From assembly GCA_965209055.1 (NCBI GenBank), contig OZ242374.1:1280001-1344000 (forward strand): a DNA stretch of 64,000 nt. Reading direction: 5' to 3'. The position numbers were made by a program, and so were the translations under genes. The stretch comes from Acidobacteriota bacterium (GTDB taxonomy: Bacteria > Acidobacteriota > UBA6911 > RPQK01 > JAJDTT01). The notes under the pieces were generated by a model. It was not told the DNA's origin and searched no databases. It saw only the letters and a list, made by a program, of their open reading frames with translations. Shown one piece after another: positions 1 to 12,121 of the stretch (position 1 is the stretch's first letter; each line of letters begins with the position of its first letter).

Positions 1-1607
1 AGGAGGAGTCCTTCGAAGGCGTCATCGACCTGATCTCCCGCAAGGCCATCCGCTACGAAGCCGAGACCCTGGGCGCCAATTTCGTGGAGGGTGACATTCC
101 GGAGGAATGGCGGGAGGCGGCGGAGCACTGGCGCGAGAAGATGGTGGAGACGGTCGTCGAGGTGGACGAGCAGCTGCTGGAAAAGTACGTGCACGGCGAG
201 CCCATCGATCCCGGCTCCCTCAAGCGCGCGCTGCGATTGGGAACCTGTCAGGGCAGATTCACACCCTGCCTCTGCGGCGCCGCTTTCAAGAACAAGGGGG
301 TGCAACCCTTGTTGGACGGCATCGTCGATTTCCTGCCCTCACCGTTGGAGGTGCCTCCACCCGAAGGAACCGACCCGGTCACGGGAGATCCCGTGACTCC
401 CCGAGCCTCCCAGGACGACCCTTTTTCGGCCCTCGTATTCAAGATCATGGGCGACCCCTTCGTCGGCAAGTTGGCCTTCGTCCGCGTCTATTCCGGATGC
501 CTGCAGGCCCGCTCGAAGGTCTACAACCCGGTTTCCGGGCGGGCGGAGCGGGTGGGACGGTTGCTCAAGATGCACGCCAACAAGAGGGAGGAGCTCAAGG
601 AACTCGGCGCCGGGGACATTGCTGCCGTGGTCGGACTCAAGACGGCGGCGACGGGAGACACGATTTGCGATCCGGTGCGGCCCGTGTTGCTGGAATCCAT
701 GGAGTTTCCGGCGCCGGTGATCTCAGTGGCCATCGAGCCCAAGACGCGTCCCGACCAGGATCGGCTGGGATTCGCGCTGGAGAAGCTGGTTCAAGAGGAC
801 CCGACGTTTCGGACGCACACCGATCCGGAAACCGGACAGACCCTGATCTCGGGCATGGGAGAGCTGCACCTGGAGATCATCGTAGATCGCCTGCTGCGCG
901 AGTTCGGCGTCGGCGCCAACGTGGGCAAGCCGCACGTGGCGTACCGGGAGAGCATTCTGGGGACAGCCGAAGGGCACGGGCGCTACATTCGCCAGACCGG
1001 AGGCCGGGGCCAATATGGGGACGCCAGGGTCCGGGTCGAGCCGCTGGAACCGGGCGAGGCCGAAAACGGGTTCCTGTTCGAGGACCTGAGCGTCGGCGGC
1101 GTGATCCCTCGAGAATTCGTTCCGGCGGTGAAGGCCGGTGTGCGGGAGGCCATGGAGGGCGGAGTCCTGGCCGGCTGCGAGATGCAGAACGTCAAGGTGA
1201 CCCTTCTGGACGGCTCCTACCACGACGTGGACTCGTCGGAGATCGCGTTCAAGATCGCGGGTTCCCTCGCCTTCAAGCAGGCCGCGCGCAAGGCCGGGCT
1301 CGTCCTGCTGGAACCGGTCATGAAGGTGGAAGTGGTGGTGCCCCAGGAATACATGGGTGATGTCATCGGCGATCTCAACGCCCGCCGGGGCCGGGTCGCC
1401 CAGTTGGAACCGCGGGGAGGAAGCCAGGTGATCACGGCCTACGTGGCCTTGGAGACCATGTTCGGCTACGCCACCGGACTGCGGTCGCTCACCCAGGGGA
1501 GGGCGACCTACACCATGCATTTCGAGCAGTACGAGCAGGTCCCCAGGCAAGTGGTGGAAGAGCAGGTGGCGCGTACCCACGGCCGGATTTTGACCCGGTC
1601 CGGTTGA
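1..1607 (+). CDS. fusA: Elongation factor G (5'-truncated by window edge)
   Basis: Frame is open from base 3 (EESFEGVIDL...); motifs EDPTF, SGMGELHLEI, GSYHDVDSSEIAFKIA, LRSLTQGRA; directly upstream of tuf. Confidence 0.98.
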   Translation, partial: EESFEGVIDLISRKAIRYEAETLGANFVEGDIPEEWREAAEHWREKMVETVVEVDEQLLEKYVHGEPIDPGSLKRALRLGTCQGRFTPCLCGAAFKNKGVQPLLDGIVDFLPSPLEVPPPEGTDPVTGDPVTPRASQDDPFSALVFKIMGDPFVGKLAFVRVYSGCLQARSKVYNPVSGRAERVGRLLKMHANKREELKELGAGDIAAVVGLKTAATGDTICDPVRPVLLESMEFPAPVISVAIEPKTRPDQDRLGFALEKLVQEDPTFRTHTDPETGQTLISGMGELHLEIIVDRLLREFGVGANVGKPHVAYRESILGTAEGHGRYIRQTGGRGQYGDARVRVEPLEPGEAENGFLFEDLSVGGVIPREFVPAVKAGVREAMEGGVLAGCEMQNVKVTLLDGSYHDVDSSEIAFKIAGSLAFKQAARKAGLVLLEPVMKVEVVVPQEYMGDVIGDLNARRGRVAQLEPRGGSQVITAYVALETMFGYATGLRSLTQGRATYTMHFEQYEQVPRQVVEEQVARTHGRILTRSG

Positions 1608-1671
1608 ACCGTCCCGAAGGGACACGAAAGCGACGTCGATCAGGATCGACTGAATCGGAAAAGAGGACGAG

Positions 1672-2859
<1,188 letters not shown>

Positions 2860-2871
2860 GCGGTACGGAGC

Positions 2872-3198
2872 ATGAACAACGAGAAGATCCGCATCCGACT
2901 CAAGGCCTACGACCACCGGATCCTGGATCACTCCACCGGTGAGATCGTGGACATCGCGCGCCGCACCGGCGCCCGGGTCTCGGGTCCGATCCCGCTGCCT
3001 ACCCGCATCGGCCGCTACACCGTGCTGCGTTCTCCCCACGTGGACAAGAAGTCGCGGGAGCAGTTCGAAATCAGGACCCACAAGCGCCTTGTGGACATCC
3101 TGGAGCCGACGCCGCAGACGGTGGACGCCTTGATGAAACTGGATCTTCCGGCTGCCATCGACGTGGAGATCAAGGCCTACGGAGCCGAGAAGGAATAG
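2872..3198 (+). CDS. rpsJ: 30S ribosomal protein S10
   Basis: [15 protein letters not shown]...[21 protein letters not shown]; synteny. Confidence 0.99.
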   Translation: MNNEKIRIRLKAYDHRILDHSTGEIVDIARRTGARVSGPIPLPTRIGRYTVLRSPHVDKKSREQFEIRTHKRLVDILEPTPQTVDALMKLDLPAAIDVEIKAYGAEKE

Positions 3199-3200
3199 CC

Positions 3201-3848
3201 ATGCTCCAGGGGATGATCGGCAGGAAAGTGGGAATGACCCAGCTCTTCGACGAAAGGGGCCAGGTCATTCCGGTGACGGTGCTTCAGACCGGCCCATGCA
3301 TCGTGGTCCAGAAGAAGACCCCTGAGAAAGAGGGCTATTCCGCACTTCAGTTGGGTTTCATCGAGCCCGGAACCCGGTCCCGGCGCCTCACCCTGGGCGA
3401 GAGGGGGCATTTGCGTCAGGCCGGTTCGCCGCCGACCCGGATCCTGCGCGAGTTTGCGTACGAAGAGACTGAAGGGACGGCATTGAAAGTCGGCGATGAA
3501 GTTCTGGCCCACCAGGTCTTTCAGGCCGACGACACCGTCAACATCATGGGCACCAGCAAGGGCCGCGGATTCCAGGGCGTGATCAAGCGCCACGGATTCG
3601 GCGGGGGCCGGGCGACCCATGGATCCATGTTTCATCGGGCTCCAGGCTCCATCGGCCAGAGCGCTTCGCCCAGCCGAGTCTTTCCCGGGACCCGCGGGCC
3701 CGGGCGGATGGGGAACAAGCGGGTCACCATCCGAAATCTGCAAGTGGTCAGAGTGGACGAGGAGAACCACCTTTTGCTGGTCAAGGGATCGGTGCCGGGC
3801 AGCCGGGCCAACACCCTCACCATCGTACGTTCGGGGAGGCGGAATTGA
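3201..3848 (+). CDS. rplC: 50S ribosomal protein L3
   Basis: [33 protein letters not shown]. Confidence 0.99.
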   Translation: MLQGMIGRKVGMTQLFDERGQVIPVTVLQTGPCIVVQKKTPEKEGYSALQLGFIEPGTRSRRLTLGERGHLRQAGSPPTRILREFAYEETEGTALKVGDEVLAHQVFQADDTVNIMGTSKGRGFQGVIKRHGFGGGRATHGSMFHRAPGSIGQSASPSRVFPGTRGPGRMGNKRVTIRNLQVVRVDEENHLLLVKGSVPGSRANTLTIVRSGRRN

Positions 3849-4486
3849 CTGAGTCGTCGCCGGAAATCCAGGTCAGAAACCTGAGCAACGAGATCGTGGA
3901 GACACTGCCCCTCTCCCGCCGGGTCTTCGACTACCAGGCATCCGAATCCCTGTTGTGGGAAGCGGTGACCGCCTTTCTGGCCGGACGCCGCAAGGGTTCC
4001 CATTCCACCAAGACTCGCGCCGAAGTGCGGGGCGGCGGCCGGAAACCATGGCGGCAGAAGGGCACCGGACGGGCCCGTGCCGGGACCATCAGGAGTCCCC
4101 TCTGGCGATCGGGAGGCGTGACCTTCGGTCCCAAGCCGAGAAACTACGCACAGTCGCTGTCCAAGAAGAAACGGAGAGGCGCCGTCAAGCTGGTCCTCTC
4201 GGACAAGCTGAAGAACGAAAACCTTCTGGTTTTGGACTCGTTGGAGATGTCCAGCCACAAGACCAGGAACTTCGTGGAGGTCATGGGCGCCTTCGACCTG
4301 ACCCGGAAGCTGCTGGTGGTGGATTCGAGGGAGAACCGGAACTTGTTCCTGAGCACTCGAAACCTGCCGGGAGTCAAGATGGTTCCGGCTCTCGGCGTCA
4401 ACGTCTACGACCTGGTGAACGCCGAGGTCCTGATGATCAGCAAGGCTTCATTGCTTGAGCTGCAGGAGGTGTTGCTGAGGTCATGA
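3845..4486 (+). CDS. rplD: 50S ribosomal protein L4
   Basis: [26 protein letters not shown]; TTG start overlaps rplC stop. Confidence 0.97.
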   Translation: MTESSPEIQVRNLSNEIVETLPLSRRVFDYQASESLLWEAVTAFLAGRRKGSHSTKTRAEVRGGGRKPWRQKGTGRARAGTIRSPLWRSGGVTFGPKPRNYAQSLSKKKRRGAVKLVLSDKLKNENLLVLDSLEMSSHKTRNFVEVMGAFDLTRKLLVVDSRENRNLFLSTRNLPGVKMVPALGVNVYDLVNAEVLMISKASLLELQEVLLRS

Positions 4487-4779
4487 GCAGTTACGATATT
4501 CTCAGGCTCCCCCACATTACCGAGAAGGCCGCCATTCAGAAGGACGATCTCGACGGCCGGGTCGTGGTCTTCAAGGTCCGGCCCGAGGCCACGAAGCAGC
4601 AGGTGAAGGCGGCGGTCCAGAGGATTTTCGACGTCGAGGTCAATTCCGTTCGAACCGCCAACTTCAAGGGCAAGATCAAGAGAATGGGCAAGTACCGGGG
4701 ACGGCGGGCCGCTTGGAAAAAAGCCTATGTGACTCTGAAACCCGGCCAGGATATGCCGGAATTTTTCGACACGGTGTAG
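4483..4779 (+). CDS. rplW: 50S ribosomal protein L23
   Basis: [33 protein letters not shown]. Confidence 0.98.
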   Translation: MSSYDILRLPHITEKAAIQKDDLDGRVVVFKVRPEATKQQVKAAVQRIFDVEVNSVRTANFKGKIKRMGKYRGRRAAWKKAYVTLKPGQDMPEFFDTV

Positions 4780-4784
4780 AACCG

Positions 4785-5609
4785 ATGCCATTGAAAAGCT
4801 ACAAACCCACGTCGCCCGGCACCAGATTCCGAACCGTTCAGACCGGCGAGGATCTGACCGACATCAAGCCGCTCAAGCGCCTGACCCGGGGCAAGAAACG
4901 GATCAGCGGCCGCAACAGCGACGGGAAGATCTGCGTCCGGCGCCGGGGAGGCGGCCACAAGCGGCGCTATCGAGTCATCGACTTCAAACGAAACAAGGAT
5001 GACGTGCCGGCGCGAGTCGCCGCCATCGAATACGACCCCAATCGGAGCGCCCGCATCGCCCGGCTCCATTATCTGGACGGAGAGAAGCGGTACATCCTGG
5101 CGCCCAACGGTCTGAAGGTGGGCGACGAAGTGGTTTCAGGGCCGGCAGTGGACATCATGCCGGGCAATTGCCTGCCCATCGCCAACATCCCGCTGGGAAC
5201 CATGATCCACAACATCGAACTGACCCAGGGGCGGGGCGGCCAGATGGTTCGTTCTGCCGGCGGAAGCGCACAGTTGCTGGCCAAAGAGGGGAAATACGCC
5301 CAGATCAAACTGCCTTCGGGCGAAGTGCGCAAGGTTCATATCCTCTGCCGGGCGACCATCGGCCAAGTGGGAAACGTCGATCACGAGAACGTCTCCCTGG
5401 GAAAGGCGGGAGCCAACCGTTGGCGCGGCCGGCGGCCCAAGGTCAGAGGCGTGGCCATGAATCCCGTCGACCATCCCATGGGCGGCGGCGAAGGGAAGAG
5501 TTCGGGCGGACGGCATCCCACGTCACCCTGGGGCTGGAAGACCAAAGGCTACCGGACCCGGAAGAACAACCGGACCGGAAAGATGATTGTCCGGCGGAGA
5601 AAGAAGTAG
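4785..5609 (+). CDS. rplB: 50S ribosomal protein L2
   Basis: Start moved to ATG 4785 ([12 protein letters not shown]); [30 protein letters not shown]. Confidence 0.99.
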   Translation: MPLKSYKPTSPGTRFRTVQTGEDLTDIKPLKRLTRGKKRISGRNSDGKICVRRRGGGHKRRYRVIDFKRNKDDVPARVAAIEYDPNRSARIARLHYLDGEKRYILAPNGLKVGDEVVSGPAVDIMPGNCLPIANIPLGTMIHNIELTQGRGGQMVRSAGGSAQLLAKEGKYAQIKLPSGEVRKVHILCRATIGQVGNVDHENVSLGKAGANRWRGRRPKVRGVAMNPVDHPMGGGEGKSSGGRHPTSPWGWKTKGYRTRKNNRTGKMIVRRRKK

Positions 5610-5617
5610 GAGGCTCC

Positions 5618-5902
5618 ATGCCCAGGTCGGTCAAAAAGGGTCCCTTCGTGGACGCTCACTTGGTCAAGAAACTGCGCCACCTCAACGAGACCAACGAGAG
5701 GGCGGTGATCCGGACCTGGTCCCGGAGGTCGACCATTACGCCGGAGATGGTGGGACACACGATTGCGGTTCACAACGGCAAGAAGTTCATTCCCATCTAC
5801 ATCACCGAGAACGTCGTGGGCCATAAGCTGGGAGAATTCGCTCCCACGAGAAATTTCAGGGGACACATTCGCAAATCCGAGCGCATGGCCAGGATGCGGT
5901 AG
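5618..5902 (+). CDS. rpsS: 30S ribosomal protein S19
   Basis: [12 protein letters not shown]...TWSRRSTI...[11 protein letters not shown]; GGAGG RBS; C-terminal part of ORF 5168..5902. Confidence 0.98.
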   Translation: MPRSVKKGPFVDAHLVKKLRHLNETNERAVIRTWSRRSTITPEMVGHTIAVHNGKKFIPIYITENVVGHKLGEFAPTRNFRGHIRKSERMARMR

Positions 5903-5941
5903 CGTCATGAGGATGAATTCGAAGGTTCCGGAGCAGAACTA

Positions 5942-6289
5942 GTGGAAGCATCGGCCACGGCAAAATTTGTAAAAGGGTCGCCCCAGAAGGCGCGTCTGGT
6001 CATCGACCTGATTCGGGGCCGGAAGGTGGAGGCGGCGCTGGACATCCTCCGATTCTCGGGGAGGAGGGCGGCTCGCCCCATCTCCAAGGTGTTGCGTTCG
6101 GCCATCGCCAACGCCGAGCAGAAGGAGCCGATGGTCGACGTGGATGATCTGTTCGTGAAGGAGGCCTACGTCGACCTGGGACCGACCAAGTGGCGTTTCA
6201 GAACGCGCCCCGTTCCCATGGGGCGGGCCTTCCGCGAGCGCCGGCGGCAGAGCCACATTACGATCCGGGTTTCGGACGGAGAGTCATAG
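5942..6289 (+). CDS. rplV: 50S ribosomal protein L22
   Basis: [28 protein letters not shown]; GTG start. Confidence 0.97.
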   Translation: MEASATAKFVKGSPQKARLVIDLIRGRKVEAALDILRFSGRRAARPISKVLRSAIANAEQKEPMVDVDDLFVKEAYVDLGPTKWRFRTRPVPMGRAFRERRRQSHITIRVSDGES

Positions 6290-6299
6290 GAGGCGAATT

Positions 6300-6953
6300 T
6301 TGGGTCAGAAAGTCCACCCGTACGGGTTCCGCCTGGGTTATATCAACACGTGGCGCTCCCGCTGGTATGCGGATAAGAACTACGGGGATCTGCTGCACGA
6401 AGATCTTCAGATCAAGAAGAATCTGAAGCGGCAGTTCTACCATGCCGGGATCTCCTCCATCGAGATCGAGAGGATGGCGGCCAACAAGCTCACGGTCATC
6501 GTGAGAACGGCTCGGCCCGGGATCATCATCGGCCGCAAAGGCAGCGAGATCGACAGGTTGAAGAGTGATCTCCAGGCCGCCACCGGACGTGAGGTCTACA
6601 TCAATATTCAGGAGGAACAGAAGCCTGAGACGGATGCCCAGTTGGTGGCCGAGTCCATCTGCCAGCAGCTCTTGCGCCGCGTGGCCTTCCGCAGGGCCAT
6701 GCGCCGCGCCGTCGAGACCGCGGTGCGTTTTGGAGCCCAGGGGATCAAGGTCCGTTGCGGCGGCCGGCTCAACGGCGCCGAGATCGCCAGAGCCGAATGG
6801 TATCTCCACGGCCGGCTGCCTCTCCATACTCTGCGGGCCCGAATCGACTATGGCTTCGCCGAAGCCTTCACCACCTACGGCGTCATCGGCGTCAAGGTGT
6901 GGGTCTACAAGGGTGAGGTCTTCGGGGACGAGGAGTCGTCCCGGTCCAATTGA
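6300..6953 (+). CDS. rpsC: 30S ribosomal protein S3
   Basis: [45 protein letters not shown]; TTG start after AGGAGG. Confidence 0.99.
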   Translation: MGQKVHPYGFRLGYINTWRSRWYADKNYGDLLHEDLQIKKNLKRQFYHAGISSIEIERMAANKLTVIVRTARPGIIIGRKGSEIDRLKSDLQAATGREVYINIQEEQKPETDAQLVAESICQQLLRRVAFRRAMRRAVETAVRFGAQGIKVRCGGRLNGAEIARAEWYLHGRLPLHTLRARIDYGFAEAFTTYGVIGVKVWVYKGEVFGDEESSRSN

Positions 6954-6971
6954 ACGGGAGTCATTGCAGTC

Positions 6972-7388
6972 ATGTTGATGCCGAAGAAGGTCAAGTACCG
7001 GAAGCAGCAGAAGGGGAGAATGACGGGCAAGGCCATTCGCGGCAGCACCATGTCTTTCGGCGAATACGGCCTCAAGGCCGTGCAGCCCGGTTGGATCACG
7101 GACCGGCAGATCGAGGCGGCCAGAATCGCAATGACCCGTTATGTCCGGCGGGGAGGGAAGATCTGGATCCGGATCTTTCCCAACAAGCCGATCACCAAGA
7201 AACCGGCGGAGACCAGAATGGGCAAAGGAAAAGGGGCTCCCACGGGATGGGTGGCGGTGGTGCGGCCCGGCACCATCCTCTATGAAATGGAGGGGCTGCC
7301 CCACGACATGGCGAAGGAAGCCATGCGGCTGGCGGCCAACAAGCTGCCGTTGCGGACTCGCTTCGTGACCCGGCTGGATTCGGCATGA
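6972..7388 (+). CDS. rplP: 50S ribosomal protein L16
   Basis: [34 protein letters not shown]. Confidence 0.99.
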   Translation: MLMPKKVKYRKQQKGRMTGKAIRGSTMSFGEYGLKAVQPGWITDRQIEAARIAMTRYVRRGGKIWIRIFPNKPITKKPAETRMGKGKGAPTGWVAVVRPGTILYEMEGLPHDMAKEAMRLAANKLPLRTRFVTRLDSA

Positions 7389-7582
7389 ACCCATCCAAGC
7401 TGAGAGAAATGTCATTGGAGGACCTGGAGTCGGAGGGGCAGGCGCTCTCCGAGCAGATCTTCCGGCTGCGGTTCCAAAAGGCCACGGGACAACTGGAGAA
7501 CCGCACCAGGATCCGTCAGATCCGGCGGGATCTGGCCCGGGTCAAGACGATTGTGGCGGAGAGACGGCAACAGCGGCAGTGA
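7385..7582 (+). CDS. rpmC: 50S ribosomal protein L29
   Basis: [12 protein letters not shown]...[10 protein letters not shown]; synteny. Confidence 0.97.
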   Translation: MNPSKLREMSLEDLESEGQALSEQIFRLRFQKATGQLENRTRIRQIRRDLARVKTIVAERRQQRQ

Positions 7583-7643
7583 GTCGAGACGGGGCGGAGT
7601 TGCCCGGAACAATCCGCTCCAAGGTCAATCGAGGGAATGAGTC

Positions 7644-7922
7644 ATGGCGACTGAGTCGGTGGAAACGCGGAGGCGAAAGAGGAATCGGAAGACCGGACGG
7701 GTGGTCTCCGCCTCCATGACCAAGGGAATCGTCGTGGCCGTCGACCGTCTGGTGGCTCATCGTCTCTATAAGAAGACCATTCGGCGCACCAGCAAGCTCA
7801 TGGCCCACGACGAGGAGAACGCGTGCCGGCCGGGCGACAAGGTTCTGATCGAGGAAACCCGGCCTCTGAGCAAGCGGAAGCGCTGGACGCTGGTGCGGGT
7901 CGTGGAGAAAGCCAAGGGGTAG
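7644..7922 (+). CDS. rpsQ: 30S ribosomal protein S17
   Basis: [30 protein letters not shown]. Confidence 0.98.
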   Translation: MATESVETRRRKRNRKTGRVVSASMTKGIVVAVDRLVAHRLYKKTIRRTSKLMAHDEENACRPGDKVLIEETRPLSKRKRWTLVRVVEKAKG

Positions 7923-7929
7923 GTGGATC

Positions 7930-8298
7930 ATGATCCAGATGCAGACGGTCCTGAACGTTGCCGACAATTCGGGAGCCCGAAGAATTTCCTGCATTTCGCC
8001 CTTGGGCGGAGACGTGGGACGCGGCGCCAGCCTGGGAGACGTCATCACGGCCTCGGTGAAGGAGTCCAGCCCCAACGGCGCGGTGAAGAAGGGACAGGTG
8101 GTGAAGGCTGTGGTCGTCCGGATGCGCAAGGAGAACCGGCGGCCGGACGGATCTTACATCCGCTTCGACGAGAACGCGGCCGTCGTCATCAACAACGCGC
8201 GGGAACCGGTCGGAACCCGCGTCTTCGGTCCCGTGGCGAGAGAATTGAGGGAAAAGCGATTCATGAGGATCGTTTCGTTGGCTCCCGAGGTTTTGTGA
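7930..8298 (+). CDS. rplN: 50S ribosomal protein L14
   Basis: [45 protein letters not shown]. Confidence 0.99.
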   Translation: MIQMQTVLNVADNSGARRISCISPLGGDVGRGASLGDVITASVKESSPNGAVKKGQVVKAVVVRMRKENRRPDGSYIRFDENAAVVINNAREPVGTRVFGPVARELREKRFMRIVSLAPEVL

Positions 8299-8317
8299 CC
8301 GGATAAGGGTTTTTCGG

Positions 8318-8638
8318 ATGCTCCACGTGAAGGCGAATGACCAGGTGCTGGTGCTGGCCGGGAAAGACCGCGGCAAGACGGGCCGCGTCCTCCAGGTGCT
8401 GTCCGACGGGAAACGCGCCGTGATCGAGAGGATCAACATGATCCATCGGCACACCAGGCAGAATCCGCAACAGAACGTGCAGGGCGGAATCCTGGAAAAG
8501 GAAGCCCCCGTTGCTCTCTCGAATCTGCAGGTGATCTGCCAGGAGTGCAACCGGGCGAGCCGGGTGGGATATACGCGGCTCTCCGACGGGAAGAAGGTCC
8601 GAACCTGCAAAAAGTGCGGAGGCACCATCGACAAATAG
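8318..8638 (+). CDS. rplX: 50S ribosomal protein L24
   Basis: KOW motif VLVLAGKDRGKTGRV, GGILEKEAP; carries CxxC...CxxC. Confidence 0.98.
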   Translation: MLHVKANDQVLVLAGKDRGKTGRVLQVLSDGKRAVIERINMIHRHTRQNPQQNVQGGILEKEAPVALSNLQVICQECNRASRVGYTRLSDGKKVRTCKKCGGTIDK

Positions 8639-8671
8639 CGTCCCGGCGGGGCGCCGGCAGGGGTAGAAACA

Positions 8672-9235
8672 GTGGCTCGGCTCAAACAGAAAATCAAGGA
8701 AGAGGTGGCCCCGAAGCTGGTGGAGGAGTTCGGCTATGACAACGTCATGGCGATCCCCAGGCTGGTGAAGGTCGTGGTCAATCTGGGCCTGGGACAGGCA
8801 ATCCAGAATATTCGCCTGCTGGACTCGGCGTCGGCCGAGCTGACCGCCATCACCGGGCAGAAGGCGGTGGTGACCCGCGCCAGGAAGTCCATCGCCGGTT
8901 TCAAGCTGCGCCAAGGGATGCCCATCGGAGTGATGGTCACCTTGCGCGGCAACCGGATGCTCGATTTCCTGGACCGGCTCATCAACATCGGACTGCCCCG
9001 GGTCCGCGACTTTCGAGGTGTTCCACCCAACGCCTTCGACGGGCAGGGCAACTATACGCTCGGAATCCGGGAGCACTTGATCTTTCCGGAGATCGATCTG
9101 GGCCGGACCGAGACGACGCACGGAATGAACGTCACCATCGTGACGACGGCAAAGTCGGATGAAGAGGCGCGCGTCCTGCTGGCGGGACTCGGCGTGCCCT
9201 TCGGCCGGGAGGAGGACCGTCAACTGATTTTTTGA
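8672..9235 (+). CDS. rplE: 50S ribosomal protein L5
   Basis: [38 protein letters not shown]. Confidence 0.99.
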   Translation: MARLKQKIKEEVAPKLVEEFGYDNVMAIPRLVKVVVNLGLGQAIQNIRLLDSASAELTAITGQKAVVTRARKSIAGFKLRQGMPIGVMVTLRGNRMLDFLDRLINIGLPRVRDFRGVPPNAFDGQGNYTLGIREHLIFPEIDLGRTETTHGMNVTIVTTAKSDEEARVLLAGLGVPFGREEDRQLIF

Positions 9236-9312
9236 GCAGCCAGGGGACTCTCGCAGGCGAAAGTCTCGAATCTGGTTCGTTGCCTGTACGCCGGCAGGGG
9301 AGGTTTACGAGG

Positions 9313-9498
9313 ATGGCCCGAAAGGGTTTGATTGCGAAACAAAGAAGACCAGCCAAGTTCTCTACGCGGCGCTACAACCGATGCCGGCTTTGCGGGCGTT
9401 CTCGCGGTTATATGCGCAAGTTCCAGCTCTGCAGGATCTGTTTCCGCCAGTTGGCCTTGATGGGAGAGATTCCGGGAGTGATCAAGTCCAGTTGGTGA
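9313..9498 (+). CDS. rpsN: 30S ribosomal protein S14, short zinc-binding (type Z) form
   Basis: 61 aa from ATG 9313 after GGAGG; RCRLCGR...LCRICFR...[11 protein letters not shown]. Confidence 0.97.
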   Translation: MARKGLIAKQRRPAKFSTRRYNRCRLCGRSRGYMRKFQLCRICFRQLALMGEIPGVIKSSW

Positions 9499-9553
9499 AG
9501 CCGTTGCAGCGGCGGCCGCCGGCGATTGCGGACGAAGGCGAAAGAAGATTCTC

Positions 9554-9952
9554 ATGTCAGTCACGTATCCCATAGCCGATCTTCTCACCCGGATCAGAAA
9601 CGCCCTCGTGGCCCGGCACGATGCGGTCCAGATCCCCCACTCCAGGCTCAAGGCGGAAGTGGTGAAAATCCTCCATCAGGAGGGGTACATCTCCGGCTAT
9701 ACGACCGACGGCGAACCGCCGTTCCAGAAGCTGACGGTCCGCCTCAAGTACGGTCCCGACAATGTGCCCGTGATCCAGGTCCTTCGCTGTGTCAGCACTC
9801 CGGGGCGCCGCAGATACGTGGGCAGGAACGAGATCCCCCTGGTTTTGGAGGGGCTGGGCATCAACATCCTATCCACCTCTCAGGGAATCCTGACCGGCAA
9901 GAAGGCACGGGAGTCGGGTATCGGAGGAGAGTTGCTTTGCGAGGTGTATTGA
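9554..9952 (+). CDS. rpsH: 30S ribosomal protein S8
   Basis: PIADLLTRIRNA, STPGRRRY, GLGINILSTSQG, GGELLCEV. Confidence 0.98.
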   Translation: MSVTYPIADLLTRIRNALVARHDAVQIPHSRLKAEVVKILHQEGYISGYTTDGEPPFQKLTVRLKYGPDNVPVIQVLRCVSTPGRRRYVGRNEIPLVLEGLGINILSTSQGILTGKKARESGIGGELLCEVY

Positions 9953-10016
9953 GCCGGCGAGGCCGGCCGAGTGCGGGCCGGTATACGGCCGTGTCCAGGA
10001 TTGTGAGTAGAACGTC

Positions 10017-10577
10017 ATGTCGCGCGTAGGCAAAATGCCCATCCCCATTCCCAGCGGGGTGAAGGTTTCGGTTCTGGGTGGTCAGGTTCGCGTGCAGGGC
10101 CCGCTGGGGTCCATGTCGACCGCGGTTCCGCGAGGAATCACCGCCGCGGTGGAGAACGGCGAGCTCCGAGTCCGGAGGGGCGGCGAGGACAAGACCTCCC
10201 GGTCGCTGCACGGATTGGCCCGGTCGCTGCTGGCGAATTCGGTGACGGGCGTCACCAAGGGCTTCCGCAAGGAGTTGGACATTGTCGGAATCGGTTTCCG
10301 TGCGGAACTGCGGGGCCGATCTCTGATCCTGTCGCTGGGGTTTTCCCATACCATCGATTTCCCCGTCCCGGACGGCATCACCATCCGGGTGGAGCGGACC
10401 AACCGCCAGATTCAGAACTACGTCGCGACGATTCAGGTCGAAGGGGTGGACAAGTACCGTGTCGGACAGGTTGCCGCCAACATCCGCGCCCTGAAGCGGC
10501 CGGATGCCTACAAGGGGAAGGGAATCCGGTACAGAAACGAGCATATTCACCTGAAGGTGGGCAAGAAGGGAGCCTGA
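10017..10577 (+). CDS. rplF: 50S ribosomal protein L6
   Basis: [31 protein letters not shown]. Confidence 0.99.
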   Translation: MSRVGKMPIPIPSGVKVSVLGGQVRVQGPLGSMSTAVPRGITAAVENGELRVRRGGEDKTSRSLHGLARSLLANSVTGVTKGFRKELDIVGIGFRAELRGRSLILSLGFSHTIDFPVPDGITIRVERTNRQIQNYVATIQVEGVDKYRVGQVAANIRALKRPDAYKGKGIRYRNEHIHLKVGKKGA

Positions 10578-10582
10578 GGGGA

Positions 10583-10948
10583 ATGGCGAAGCAGGCGAGT
10601 CGGACTTATCGAAGATCCCGGATCCACCGCCGGATCCGGAAGGCGCTGTCGGGAACCGCCGAGCGGCCCCGCCTTTGTGTCTTTCGCAGCCTGAAACACA
10701 TGTATGCCCAGATTATCGACGACCAACACGGCCGGAGTCTGGTGAGTGCTTCGACCTTGAAGGTGAACGGCGAGAAAATGCCCAACGGAGGCAATATCGA
10801 CGCCGCTCGCCGCGTCGGGACCAGCATCGCCCGACAGGCTCTCGCCTCCGGGATCAACGAGGTGGTCTTCGATCGCGGCGGGTACAGGTATTTCGGCCGG
10901 GTCAAGGCTCTGGCGGACGCCGCCCGGGAGGTGGGGCTCAAGTTCTAG
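10583..10948 (+). CDS. rplR: 50S ribosomal protein L18
   Basis: [42 protein letters not shown]. Confidence 0.98.
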   Translation: MAKQASRTYRRSRIHRRIRKALSGTAERPRLCVFRSLKHMYAQIIDDQHGRSLVSASTLKVNGEKMPNGGNIDAARRVGTSIARQALASGINEVVFDRGGYRYFGRVKALADAAREVGLKF

Positions 10949-10961
10949 ACACGGAGTGCTC

Positions 10962-11453
10962 ATGGCGCATAAGGACTACAACGACGAACTGAAGGATCAG
11001 GTCATCTCAATCAACCGGGTCACCAAGGTGGTGAAGGGAGGAAAGAACCTCAGCTTCGGCGCACTGGTAGTCGTGGGCGACCAGAACGGGAAGGTCGGTT
11101 GGGGCATGGGCAAAGCGCGCGAGGTCCCCTCGGCCATCAGAAAAGGAATGGAGAAGGCCAAAAAATCCATGATCGGCGTTCCACTGAACGGGTCGACGAT
11201 CCACCATGGCGTCAAGGGACGTTTCGGCGCGGGACTGGTCATTCTCAAACCGGCTCCGGAAGGGACCGGCATCATTGCCGGCGGTCCGGTACGGGCGGTG
11301 ATGGAATCGGTCGGGATTCGAGACGTGGTGACGAAGAGCGTGGGAACCACCAATCCCCACAACGTGGTCAAGGCCACTTTCGATGGGTTGTCCCAGTTGC
11401 GCAGTCCGGAGGCGGTGGCCCTGAGCCGCGGCATTTCCGTGGAGGACCTCTAG
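10962..11453 (+). CDS. rpsE: 30S ribosomal protein S5
   Basis: [34 protein letters not shown]; alternative GTG start at 10956. Confidence 0.98.
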   Translation: MAHKDYNDELKDQVISINRVTKVVKGGKNLSFGALVVVGDQNGKVGWGMGKAREVPSAIRKGMEKAKKSMIGVPLNGSTIHHGVKGRFGAGLVILKPAPEGTGIIAGGPVRAVMESVGIRDVVTKSVGTTNPHNVVKATFDGLSQLRSPEAVALSRGISVEDL

Positions 11454-11675
11454 GTGGCCGAAGAGAGGGAGCCGCAGGGCCGCCGGACGGGGACCATCCG
11501 AATCCGCTACGTTCGGAGCTCCATCGGGCGATCGAAGCACCAGAAACTGGTGGTTCGGGGATTGGGCCTGAGGAAGTTGAATCAGGTGGTGGAGAGGCCC
11601 GATACCCCGGAGATCCGGGGAATGGTGGCCAAGATTCCCCACCTGGTGCGGATCGTTGAGGAAAACGAGCAATGA
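11454..11675 (+). CDS. rpmD: 50S ribosomal protein L30
   Basis: [10 protein letters not shown]...[28 protein letters not shown]. Confidence 0.96.
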   Translation: MAEEREPQGRRTGTIRIRYVRSSIGRSKHQKLVVRGLGLRKLNQVVERPDTPEIRGMVAKIPHLVRIVEENEQ

Positions 11676-12121
11676 GTCATGCACTCCACACTTTGAAGCC
11701 GGCTCCAGGGACGCGTCACGTTCGCAAGCGGGTCGGCCGTGGACCGGGCTCCGGAACCGGAAAGACCGCCGGCCGCGGTGTCAAGGGTCAGAAGTCCCGC
11801 TCCGGATACTCGGCCCGGGCCGGTTTTGAAGGCGGCCAGATGCCCCTCTATCGAAGGCTTCCCAAGCGCGGATTCAAGAACCCCTTCCGCAAGCGGTTCG
11901 CGGTGATCAACGTTCGGGACCTGAATCGTTTCGAGGACGGAACCGCCGTCGGTCCCGAGCAGCTCATGGAGCGGGGTATGATCAAAAAGTTGGGTGACGG
12001 CCTGCGCATCCTGGGCGAAGGGGAACTGGAACGCAAGTTGACGGTTCGCGCGCACCACCTCAGCCAGTCGGCCCGGGAGAAGATCGAGCAGGCCGGAGGC
12101 AATGTCGAGGTCTTGAGCTGA
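11672..12121 (+). CDS. rplO: 50S ribosomal protein L15
   Basis: [43 protein letters not shown]. Confidence 0.99.
   Translation: MSHALHTLKPAPGTRHVRKRVGRGPGSGTGKTAGRGVKGQKSRSGYSARAGFEGGQMPLYRRLPKRGFKNPFRKRFAVINVRDLNRFEDGTAVGPEQLMERGMIKKLGDGLRILGEGELERKLTVRAHHLSQSAREKIEQAGGNVEVLS

Noticed and set aside
5907-5942. 11-codon mini-ORF (MRMNSKVPEQN) whose stop overlaps the rplV GTG
   Set aside because: rplV has its own GGAG RBS, and an ORF this short is easily chance; no support without conservation data.
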